The notes beneath the pieces were generated by a model that ran no database searches, was not told where the DNA came from, and worked only from the letters and a program-made list of their open reading frames with translations. From Patellaria atrata CBS 101060 (Eukaryota): DNA of 20,000 nt. The DNA lies in contig MU006101.1 of NCBI GenBank assembly GCA_010093705.1, positions 715,243 to 735,242 on the forward strand, given 5' to 3'. Positions 10,174-20,000 of the stretch are shown one piece after another (within the stretch, counting starts at the first letter, position 1; each line of letters starts with the position of its first letter). A program made the translations under genes and the position numbers.

Positions 10174-12984
10174 TCAACCCTGACTCCCAACAGATCTCCC
10201 TAAGATCCTCATATTATCCACAAACCCTTCTACCATCCTCTCGAATTTACTCTCATTCGGATTCGTCTTTAACAAACGCCCTTGCTTGACCAGTTCCAGT
10301 ACGTCAACTTCGATTTCCAATTCATGAGTCCTTGGTGTAGTCGATGGGTGATCGGTTTTCGTCACCTGCGTTAAGTCGATCTGATAGTTTTGGTGGTTAT
10401 ATGTCATTCGATCCTTGTACCGTGTGTTAAGTAGTCCGTTTTCTCTAACTTCCACTAAACCCGCGATATCACCATGGTACTTGACTTCAAGGCTTATACT
10501 GATACGGTAACTTATATGATCCGAGTGTGGGTTCCAGATATGTCGATCCATGAGGCGGACCTTGATAATTTTGGCCAAAACCTCTCCCTTCTCACCCCTA
10601 GTAACACGAATCCTCGGCTGCTGTCGGCTATGAGCGTAGATAACTTGCTGGACCTGTGGTGGCAGTGTCGCGATCATTGCTGGGGTTGACTCAAAGAAAG
10701 AATCGGTCTCCCTGGTGTGACGGTAGACAAGCGGAATGCGGGGCACTTCGCGTGTCGGATCGCGCCGGCGTGACTCGTCATGTGCGCGATTCAGCGAAAA
10801 GTTCAGTTGTTTATGTTGCTCCTTTAACGTTGTCAGCATTCATGTTATGATTACTGATTTGGGTAAGTCGGATACTCACAAGTGACATGGAACTTTCAAA
10901 TCTAATATACCGATTTTGTTCAGGATGAAGAATGGCTTCGTTGCCAATGTCCATCTCGAAAAGCTGCTGTGTCTGTTTATCAAACAGTTTTCCTAATTTA
11001 GCTTCGACCTCTAGTTGTCCGACGTTCGGATCAAGAGTGGCGAGATCATTCCAGGCGACATGCTCGCAGAGAAAGTCACAAACTTGCCTAGTAAGCTGGT
11101 CATACGGTTTGATGCCGGTGATACTTGGTTCCCATAGTTCAATCTTCTTGACGGCTGTTTTCGGTTCTGGCTTCTTGATGAATGGATTCGGTTTTGGTTC
11201 TGTCACCTGTGGCTTTTGCTGGCCATTCGGGGTTTTGGTGTGTTGAATTGGTTGCTGCGGTGGTAGAGGTAGAGGAATATTAACAGGCGCTTGGCGATTA
11301 ATAGGCCGAGGGTTTGCCCTTTTTTGAGCCCAGATTGGAACTGGGTCATTTCGTTTCCGCTTTCGAATGTTAGGGTTTAAAGTAGCTGGGGATGGGGATG
11401 GGTTAGTAGAGCTCTCTGGAGCTGAGACATGTGGTTGAATGCTAGCGGCGGCGCTGTTGTTGCTGATAACGGGAGCCGGTTTCGATGGAAGAGGATGCGT
11501 AACTGCGTTGTTCGTGGAGGGAAGTTTCGTCGATGCGACGACCGTAGTAGGGGAACTGGAAGCGAGAGGAGCCATTGGCTTTGGATATGCGTGTGTATGT
11601 GGATGAGGAGATCTGAGTGAAATATGTTAGCAAATCGATTCTTAGACGGTCACCAGAAAAATAAAATAAAAAAATAAAAGACAAAGGAATTGAGTGGGAA
11701 TTTCTTTTATGTGCGATGTGTGCGAAGAGTCACAAAGCGAGTAGGTGATTCCATGGTTCAAAGAGACGGGAGTGGGCCCCATGGAACGAAATCCACAGAT
11801 TTCTTTACCAACACTCACCTGAATGATTGTAATCCATTTACATCTTGCTGGACCATAGTTTGATTATTTGTCTGTGCGACTTGAGTGTTCCACAGATCGT
11901 GACCGGAGCTCTTGACCTCTACCGACGACTGCCTACTTGACCCTCCAGCTGTCATTTTAGGGCTGTGAGTCTCATATCCATGAAAATTGACCCCGTTCGC
12001 ATTTTGATGCACCTGTGACGGCGTAACAGCTTGATTCCAAATGTCCTGGGATGAGTGTCGCGTTTCTGCGGATTGTTGCCGACTTGGAACTTTTGTTTTT
12101 GGACTGACGCTCACAGTCCTCTCTCTTTCTCTATAATATTCACGCTCAATCGCCTCTCTATCGTTTGCCTGCCCATGACCTTCATACCCACCAGGGGAAC
12201 TAGCGATTCTACTGGCATTATTCCCTGGTGTTCCCGCCGGAGGGCCATATGACGCCCCAGATTGACTCTTCGTTTGGCCATAAGGGCTAGGCGGTTCCAT
12301 TGTACTAAATGTTGAGGTTCTTTGGTAATGCGCTGGGGGCCCCAGTGGAGTTCCCGGTTGTGAGTGTTGAGTCATACTCTGAAAGTGGTTCTGGTGACTA
12401 AGGGAGGAAGCTGACATCGGCGACTCTCGTAGCGAATGGGGTGTAATTGCGTGTGCGGAAGAAATCGACGGAGAAGGAGAGGTATGAGACTGGACCTGAC
12501 CTAAGCTATTCGAGGGGGTGGTAAGAGGAGGGTATGGAGACGGCGTTGGACGGCTGAAAGAGTTCGAATGCGGTCTCGGAGCACCACCGACCGCCATGGT
12601 ACTCTGATATGCATCTCGTTGGTATGGATGCGCTTGTTGGTTCTGAATCGGACTTGGGCTTGCGCGTTGAGGGAAAGGATATTGGTTTCCAGGCAATGAG
12701 GCGTGCTTTTGAAGTTGAGGGGAAAGATGGACGGCCTCGTAAGGAGGTATAACAGAAGATCTTAGGTCATTCTGAGGTGATAGCTGATGTTGATATGGAG
12801 GTACAGGTTGTGGAGGTCTAGAATCGTATGTGTGATGGTATATGTTGGGTGAGGCATAAGTACCGGGCGAAGGGCGATGATGTGTATGAGGGGACGTGGC
12901 GACGGGAGGAGAGGGTCGAGGAGGTGCTTGAGGCTGACCTGTATTGGTCGAGGAGTCTATGTTGATAATAGACTTCAGATCCAT
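10174..12984 (-). CDS. CET1: mRNA-capping enzyme beta subunit (Cet1-type RNA 5'-triphosphatase, triphosphate tunnel metalloenzyme); exons 12984-11819, 11612-10880, 10821-10174; 848 aa
   Basis: TTM motifs QLEVEAKLG (motif A), RYKDRMTY (motif B), QIDLTQV and HELEIE (motif C), plus IRFES and the Ceg1-binding-like PIWAQK. Intron 1 is 11818-11613 (GTGAGT..GCTAAC..CAG) and intron 2 is 10879-10822 (GTGAGT..GCTGAC..AAG), both frame-consistent. The N-terminal exon is P/S/Q/H-rich, and its joining to the catalytic exons is inferred from splice signals and frame. Confidence 0.88.
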
Positions 12985-13680
12985 TGCGGCGCAAGTTATG
13001 GGGTCGAATAAGGGCGGTATCTAGGCCGCATACGAAGGTTCGCGCGAAAGCTCTCCTATCGACTACAAGGCTTCATCCCACAATGATCATACCAATTCCG
13101 ATCGAGAATACGCAAGGCGTCTTATTTTCAGGCTATCGCAGAGGTTCTGTCCTTGCGGCGTGACGGATGAGTGGTTATAGGTAATGGCTTTTGTTTCTTC
13201 CTTTGCGATCAGCTGTACCTTTCTGAAGCAATGCCGAACCAACGATGTTGCAGCTTGCGAAACGCAGCGTTTGGGGTCATCATACAACGAGAGAAAATCG
13301 TCAAGCAAGAGGTCAATCTATGAATACAAGTTGGATCTTATCGAGCAGAAACAAACGCGAGCAAATGCGGCGCGACGATGGCGCATGCGAACAGACGAAA
13401 TACAAAGCCGTCAGTGTTCGGCGGGGATCACGTGCAGAGAATATACATGGGATGAAACAACAGTACATTTTTTTCTCTTACAGTACAATATCTACTGTTC
13501 AAGTTCTTAAGAAATTATGTATTACTTGTACGTATACTCTTTCCCTTCTTTGTATAACTGTATGCTTAAATGGGAAATTCAAGATAGGTCTCTTTATCAG
13601 TTTATACAGGGAATAACTCTATAAGGTATCGTGAAAAGAGAAATAGGTGTTTCTCTATATCGGTACCTTACGGTAGTGCC

Positions 13681-13686
13681 GGAGCT
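13681..13686. promoter_or_regulatory. GGAGCT, candidate Rpn4-type element in the CET1/RPN2 divergent promoter
   Basis: Exact GGAGCT about 470 nt upstream of the RPN2 ATG, ahead of the pyrimidine-rich, ATG-free leader (about 13800-14150). Confidence 0.4.
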
Positions 13687-14150
13687 TAATTTGATGCTGT
13701 CCCCGCGTGCTCAATTTTTGGTGGTGGTGGTGGGTTCGTTTGCGAGCTGCAACCTGAGGCTCGATGATGAGTGATGAGGCTTTAAGGCTTCTTTGGCAGC
13801 GCGTCAGTTGGTCATCTTACCTACCTGCACTCACCTTCCCTCAAACCTCATCCATTCCCATCCATCATTTCCCTCATTTCTCTTACTTTCCTCATAATAA
13901 GCTTCCTTTTACTCTGCGCACAACAGCCCCATCTATCTTCTACAGAAACCTTTGCCATCAGTGTCCTTAAATTGGGAGACAAACCACCATCCACAGTAGA
14001 GCACTATTCCACCTTGCTCTTCGGCGCTACCATTACCGGCCATCTACTTCTGATCGGACTCTGCTTGAACCTTGGATACCTATCCGTGGACCTTAGATTC
14101 TGGTTCTCATACCTTCGGAACAGCTTCTTCACTCCCCGTCTATCGAGATC

Positions 14151-17100
14151 ATGGTCGGCATGACTTCCGCCGCCGGCCTTGTCGGTTTCCTTTCTGAGCC
14201 TGATAACTCCCTTCAGTCATTTGCCCTACAACGTCTGAACGACGGTATCGAGTTACTATGGCCCGAGGTAGCAGGATCTATAGATAAGATGCATGTTTTC
14301 TCTTCTTTACTAGTCTGCTGTGTTCGGGCAATAGTGAGCCCTTCCATAGCGTCAAATCCATGCCTCGTGCGCTTCAGATACGACAAAGTTAATTTTGCCT
14401 CCTTCATTTTGCTAACGGATGTCAAATCTAGTGAGGCTCTCTATGAAGATGACTCTTTTCCCGAGCGGGAACTCGCCGCACTGGTGGCCGCAAAGGTATA
14501 TTACCAATTACAGGAGTACAATGAGAGTATGGTATTCGCCCTCGGAGCTGGCAAGCTTTTTGACCTTGATCATCCCGGGGAATTTGAAGAAACAATACTT
14601 GGTATGTTCTGACCATTCTTCACAAGCTTCTAAATCTGTCAAATGGCTGATGGGATGATAGCAAAATGCTTCGACACTTATATCGCGCTTTCAGCAATGC
14701 ACAATCCTATAACACCAGCAAGCGCTGCGAATCAGCAGCCTCCACAGCTTACCACTTCCTTTCCTCCCAACGCAAATGGTAGCGCCAGCACTGCTGCGGG
14801 TCTGACATCCCCAACAACACCATTCTCACAGTCAACCTTGCCTTCCAAGTCACTATTATCGCGGCAAGAGTCCACATCGTTCGATCCATCTCAACCGGGT
14901 GGGGGAAATGCAGGAATGGTTGGCGCACACCCAGCACCTTTAGCGCTGAATAGAAGTATTCAAAAAAGCTTACAAGCCATCATCAAACGAGTCTTCGAAA
15001 ACTGTTATCGAATTGGTGCCTACAAGCAAGTCGTGGGAATAGCGATAGAAGCCCGCAATTTGGATGTTCTCAAAGAGGCAATTTTAAGAGCAAGCCAAGA
15101 TGAAAAAGCAAAAGGGAAGAAAGCCTCCACCGGCGCTACCAGCAAGAACGAGGATCTCATGGAATATGTTTTGGATATTTGCATGAATCTGGTGCAGGAA
15201 AGGGGTTTCAGGAATGAGGTAAGGCCTGAGGCATACCGGCACTTCGTCATAGCACCATATTTGATGCTAACATGGAACAGATCTTAGGGCTCATCCTAGA
15301 TATGTTACACGATATCCCAAGCCCAGACTATTTCGCCATCGCTAAATGTGTAGTGTACCTTGATCAGCACTCCATGGCATCAAATATGTTACGAAAGCTG
15401 GTTGAAGAAGGCGATCCTAAATCCTTAGCAATTGCGTACCAGTTGTCCTTCGATCTGTACGATAATGGGACTCAGGAGTTTCTCTCAGATGTCATGATTG
15501 AGCTACCAGAAACTGAAGAGGAGACGGATTCGACGGCACTTCCCCATGCTAATGGTGACGCAAAGAAAACTCTGGAAAGGACAGGGGAGAACCAACCATT
15601 GCTCTCTGAGATTGGTACCTCAGATGGAGGTCCGAATACAGCAACTATGGTTTCCCGGACAAAGGCTAAAGAACCAACGGAGGAAGAGAAAAAGCGGTTC
15701 GCATCAATACGATATATACTACGTGGCACCAAGACCATTGAGTTGAACCTTGAGTTCCTGTACAGAAGTAATCATTCCGATCGGAACATTCTAAATAAGC
15801 TTCGTGATAGTTTGGAAGCGAGAAATTCCATATTCCATACCGGCGTCACATTTGCCAATGCGTTCATGAACTGCGGGACGACAAATGATTCGTTCTTCAG
15901 GGACAATCTTGAATGGCTTGGTAAAGCTGTAAACTGGTCGAAATTCACTGCGACAGCAGCTCTCGGAGTGATTCATAAGGGTAACCTCAGTCAGGGGCAA
16001 AAGCTTCTCGAGCCTTATCTTCCAAAAGCCAACAACGTCTCGGGCTCAGCATACAGTCAAGGTGGATCTTTATATGCCCTTGGTCTAATATACTCGAACC
16101 ATGGAACCGATGTCTTACCATACTTACAAAGTCAATTCTCCAACGCTTCCGAAGAGGTTGTCCATCACGGCGGTGCTCTTGGTCTTGGTCTAGCTGGTAT
16201 GGCAACCGGGTCTGAAGATATCTACGGTAGCCTCAGAACTGTCCTATATAGTGACTCTGCTGTTTCCGGAGAAGCAGTCGGTTTATCCATGGGGCTTGTT
16301 ATGCTAGGTACGGGAGACACAAGCTCGCTGGAAGATATGATTCAATATGCGCATGATACACAACACGAGAAAATTGTTCGCGGACTTGCCATGGGCATGG
16401 CTCTCATTATGTATGCGCGCCAAGAAGCTGCAGACGAACTTATCCACGGCTTGCTTGGAGATCCTGATCCAACATTACGGTACGGTGGAATCATGACAAT
16501 TGCTTTAGCATACTGCGGCACTTCAAGCAACAAGGCTGTGCGTAAACTTCTGCATGTCGCTGTCAGTGACGTCAGCGACGATGTCCGTAGGGCTGCTGTC
16601 ATGAGCTTGGGCTTCGTGCTCTTCAGGAAGCCCGGCAGTGTTCCCCGGATGGTTGAGCTTCTAGCGGAGTCATATAATCCCCATGTTCGATATGGGGCTA
16701 CCATGGCTCTCGGCATTGCTTGCGCAGGCACCGGCCTCGATGAAGCTATCGATCTTTTAGAACCAATGATGAAGGATTCAACCGACTTTGTTCGCCAGGG
16801 CGCGCTAATCTCGCTATCCATGATCATGGTTCAGCAGAATGAGACTATGAGTCCCAAGGTTACGACAATTCGCAAGACTCTCCAGAAAATCATTGGGGAC
16901 AGGCATGAGGATGCAATGGCTAAGTTCGGATGCGCTCTAGCGTTAGGAATAATCGATGCCGGAGGACGAAATTGTACAATTGGATTGCAGACACAGACTG
17001 GCAACCTCAATCTAGCTGCAATCGTTGGCATGGCTGTCTTTACACAATACTGGTACTGGTTCCCTTTGACACACTTCCTTGCTCTAAGCTTCACCCCTAC

Positions 17101-17916
17101 CTCAATCATCGGAGTAGATCACGATCTCGATGTTCCTAGTTTCAAGTTTCATAGTGCCACAAGGCCTAGCATGTTCGACTACCCTCCGGAACATGAGGTC
17201 AAGGCAGAAGAAGCTCCCGAAAAGGTTAAAACCGCCGTACTCTCTACGACCGCACAAGCAAAGAGGAGAAAATTACATAAAGAAAGACAACAAAGACGCG
17301 AAAGCATGGATATCGACCAGACACCAACGACACCAAAGATATTAACAGTGGATGAAGACAAGATGGATACGGATGACGAGCCATCGAAATCAAAGGATGA
17401 CAAAGCGGGCGATAAAGCGGATAGCGAAAAAGAGGGCACGCCATCCGCTGATTCCAAGAAGAAGCCTGAAAAGGAGAAGGTCGGCTACGAGCTGGAAAAT
17501 ATGTCAAGAGTTCTACCTGCACAACTGAAGTATATAAGCTTCCCTGGCGGCCGATATGTGCCAGTCAAGAAGGTATGTCGTATTCCTCCTAACATCATGT
17601 AATACTTTTCTAATTGGCTCAGCCAACTGGTGGAGTTATTCTTCTTCACGATACAAAACCCTCAGAGGAGAAGTCACTTCTAGAACTAAAGGTTAAAAAG
17701 ACTTCAACAGTGCCTGCTCCAGGTGCACCAGGTGCTGGACTAGCAGAGAGTGTTAATGAGGCATTTGCAGCTCGGGATGCAGCGTCCGCGACGGCGACGA
17801 GTGGAGCTGTAGAAAGAGCTGAGGTGACGAATCTCGTAGACGATGACGATGCTGAGGACGCACCCGTACCTGACAGTTTCGAGTATGTGACGGACGACGA
17901 AGATAAAGATGAGTAA
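14151..17916 (+). CDS. RPN2: 26S proteasome regulatory particle subunit Rpn2; exons 14151-14290, 14432-14601, 14662-15218, 15281-17572, 17623-17916
   Basis: N-terminus TSAAGLVGFLSEP...IDKIEALYED, NLEWLGKAVNWSKFTATAALGVIH, PC repeats (e.g. YNPHVRYGATMALGIACAG), DAGGRNCTI, FTQYWYWFPL, ENMSRVLPAQ, and an acidic C-terminus with FEY. Intron 1 is GC-AG (14291-14431); introns 14602-14661, 15219-15280 and 17573-17622 are GT-AG. Confidence 0.96.
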
Positions 17917-18322
17917 GACTCAGTCGTCTTCTACAAGCTCATAGTGTAACATCATTCCTGACTTGATCCACTTGTGGATTGTTTTAATCACGTTGCATTT
18001 GACTTGGGCGTAAGGTATCGACCAGACCTGAGGATTCCTCAACAGCTACCGGCACCAATAGACCTTACTACATTTGTATAGTAATTCAATCCATACCCCC
18101 GTTGATTTTGCTTTTTCTCGGACACCACGAGCGTTTATAGTCTACGTGATCCTATGGTGTTGTTTAAATTGTGATATGCAACTGAAAAGTTGTGCCTGAC
18201 CAGAAAATGTTTGATAGTTCTGAATCGGAAGTGCACAGTGGGTCCGCGGTGCCAGCCGTAGTATCTAGCTTAACGTCCTATCTTGACCAACTTCAAAACA
18301 TAGACCATCAATTGCGCAGCAG

Positions 18323-19825
18323 ATGATGCCGAGAGCAAGGCTATTGCTCGATCACAGAGCTAGGAATCCGACCGTAGTTTGTCTGGACTGTTGGAAAACA
18401 CTCTGCAAAACAAACACCACCCGTAGACGATCCTTCTTTACTGGTACTCCCCACCGAGATGCGGCTTTGACAGGTCGATATAATCGAGACGCGTTCAGAA
18501 AAGAATACTTTTGGGCCAACGGACTTTTAGAGGAATTATTCCAAGGTTCTAAAAGGAGGATTGGTCATACTGCGCTAGCAACCAATGCTCGTAGGGTGGA
18601 TAGGACGGCCTCAACATCCAACACTGAGGATCAAACAAGTACAGATCGAAATGAGGAACAACACGCCGTGGGGAGAATATCACAACTCCCCACCTGTCGC
18701 CGTCGAAGAAAGGATTTAGGAGAAGGAACTCCTGACGATAATGCGGCATACCCGATCCCCCATGATGCGTCGTCGCGCTTATCGACAATATCCTCAAACC
18801 TTCCCACGCGATCATTCCGTCGCCTGTTTACGACCTACTTATCCCTTTCCAAACCGCGCCTCAGCTTCCTTATCGTACTCACCACTACATCTGCGTACAG
18901 CCTCTACCCGGTTCCCGCACTGCTCTCCCCAAGCATGCTAGATGCTCCCTCCCTCTCTACACTCACACTTCTCTTCCTCACAACTGGAACTGCCCTGGCC
19001 TGTTCCTCCGCCAACGCATTCAACATGCTCCTTGAACCAGTCCACGACGCAAAGATGTCACGAACGCGCAACCGACCATTGGTACGTGGCCTTATAAGTA
19101 AACGTGGCGCATTGGTGTTCGCAGTCGTGACTGGCGTCGCTGGAGTTGCAGGTCTCTATTACGGCGTCAATCCTACAACTGCATTTCTAGGCGGCTTGAA
19201 CATATTCTTATACGCAGGGATCTATACTCCCATGAAGAGAATTTCAGTCTTCAATACTTGGGTTGGCGCGATTGTAGGTGGTATCCCACCGCTAATGGGT
19301 TGGACTGCGGCTGCAGGCCAATGTGCGTATGCAGGAGGTGCATGGCAGGAATTACTCTTCGGCGAAGGTAGTGCTGGCGGATGGCTTATCGCTGCACTCC
19401 TCTACACGTGGCAGTTCCCACATTTCAACGCTTTAAGTTGGGCCGTAAGAGAGGAATACAAGAACGCAGGATATAGAATGCTCTGTTGGACAAACCAAGC
19501 AATGAATGGGCGAGTAGCTCTAAGATACTCAATCCTGATGTTTCCAGTATGCGCTGGGTTGACAGCTGTTGGAGTCACCGATTGGGGTTTCGTTGCAACA
19601 AGCTCTGTTGTCAATAGCTGGATGGCGTGGAATGCCGTAAAATTTTGGAGATACGAAGGTGTAAAAGGGTCCGCAATAAGTCTGTTTTGGGCAAGTGTAT
19701 GGCATTTGCCAATTGTCCTTGTACTGGCTATGTTGCACAAGAAAGGACTGTGGGAGAAGGTGTGGAGAAGTTTGAATGGTCAGTCAGAGCTGGGAGATGA
19801 TTGGCAAGATGATGAAGAACTTTAA
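18323..19825 (+). CDS. COX10: Protoheme IX farnesyltransferase (heme O synthase), mitochondrial; 500 aa, single exon
   Basis: UbiA-family motifs LSKPRLS, ANAFNM..EP.HDAKMSRTRNRPLVRG, YTPMKR, NTWVGAIVGGIPPLMGW, WQFPHFNAL and EYKNAGYRM. Multiple hydrophobic segments, and an Arg-rich N-terminus consistent with a targeting presequence. Confidence 0.96.
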   Translation: MMPRARLLLDHRARNPTVVCLDCWKTLCKTNTTRRRSFFTGTPHRDAALTGRYNRDAFRKEYFWANGLLEELFQGSKRRIGHTALATNARRVDRTASTSNTEDQTSTDRNEEQHAVGRISQLPTCRRRRKDLGEGTPDDNAAYPIPHDASSRLSTISSNLPTRSFRRLFTTYLSLSKPRLSFLIVLTTTSAYSLYPVPALLSPSMLDAPSLSTLTLLFLTTGTALACSSANAFNMLLEPVHDAKMSRTRNRPLVRGLISKRGALVFAVVTGVAGVAGLYYGVNPTTAFLGGLNIFLYAGIYTPMKRISVFNTWVGAIVGGIPPLMGWTAAAGQCAYAGGAWQELLFGEGSAGGWLIAALLYTWQFPHFNALSWAVREEYKNAGYRMLCWTNQAMNGRVALRYSILMFPVCAGLTAVGVTDWGFVATSSVVNSWMAWNAVKFWRYEGVKGSAISLFWASVWHLPIVLVLAMLHKKGLWEKVWRSLNGQSELGDDWQDDEEL

Positions 19826-19868
19826 CATCTAGAAACTCACGAGGGAAAGAAGGGTAACCTAAGTATCA

Positions 19869-20000
19869 ATACGAGATAATCGTTTTATAAGTTTTCTAAA
19901 CCCTTATCTATATATTATAAGATAATTTACTATATATATTCTTCTCTCTTTTATAAGTATTATATTTATTTTAGTTTAGCTAATTATTTAATATAATTCT
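19869..20000. repeat. Start of an AT-rich block with a RIP-like signature (probable degraded repeat/transposon); runs off the window
   Basis: Abrupt drop in GC, very frequent TpA, and no CpA or TpG dinucleotide found by eye between 19869 and 20000. Too short to identify an element family. Confidence 0.6.

Noticed and set aside
11613..11818. TPP riboswitch or snoRNA in CET1 intron 1
   Set aside because: No CUGAGA or GAUAA/GCG TPP core and no thiamine-related host gene. I saw no convincing C/D boxes or H/ACA two-hairpin layout.
13087..14163. Short ORFs in the CET1/RPN2 divergent region (13087-13308, 13184-13510, 13245-13616, 13764-13970, 13972-14163)
   Set aside because: They overlap in conflicting frames, have no recognisable protein features, and sit in promoter or leader sequence. 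uORF status cannot be judged without TSS data.
14291..14431. RPN2 intron 1 as a spliceosomal twin intron ([D1,2] or [A2,3]) using the internal AG/GTGAGC at 14333-14339
   Set aside because: [D1,2] needs a G just before the internal donor and [A2,3] needs a G just after the final AG. Both positions are T, and the 5' half has no good branch site.
14213..19740. Numerous antisense and alternate-frame ORFs inside RPN2 and COX10 (likewise in PUP2, AA9 and CET1)
   Set aside because: Shadow ORFs of strongly conserved coding sequence, with no independent evidence.
1..20000. CRISPR arrays, tRNA/rRNA genes, intact transposons
   Set aside because: No repeat-spacer arrays, cloverleaf or rRNA-like segments, or transposase/RT/integrase ORFs were recognised. 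The short (GGT)4 at about 13720 is a trivial microsatellite.

Overview
Fungal (filamentous ascomycete, Pezizomycotina-type) nuclear DNA with short spliceosomal introns. From left to right: (1) the 3' ~5.3 kb of a heavily disabled giant DUF3638-type P-loop protein gene (+). It starts before the window and carries multiple in-frame stops, frameshifts, two destroyed intron donors and an apparent internal deletion of the DUF3645 region. (2) QCR10 (+, 3 exons). (3) Proteasome alpha5 PUP2 (-, 5 exons including a 13-nt microexon). (4) A secreted AA9 lytic polysaccharide monooxygenase (-, 3 exons). (5) RNA triphosphatase CET1 (-, 3 exons, long low-complexity N-terminus). (6) Proteasome RPN2 (+, 5 exons, first intron GC-AG), divergent from CET1. 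(7) COX10 (+, single exon). (8) The edge of an AT-rich block with a RIP-like signature. Most of the window is conserved housekeeping sequence, and I cannot support a clearly new multi-gene system. The best leads are the decayed SF2/SecA-like DUF3638 gene, a structured CET1 intron that may sequester its own 5' splice site, and an in-frame, stop-free GC-AG intron in RPN2. Exon coordinates were worked out by hand, and family calls rest on recalled motifs, not on database searches.
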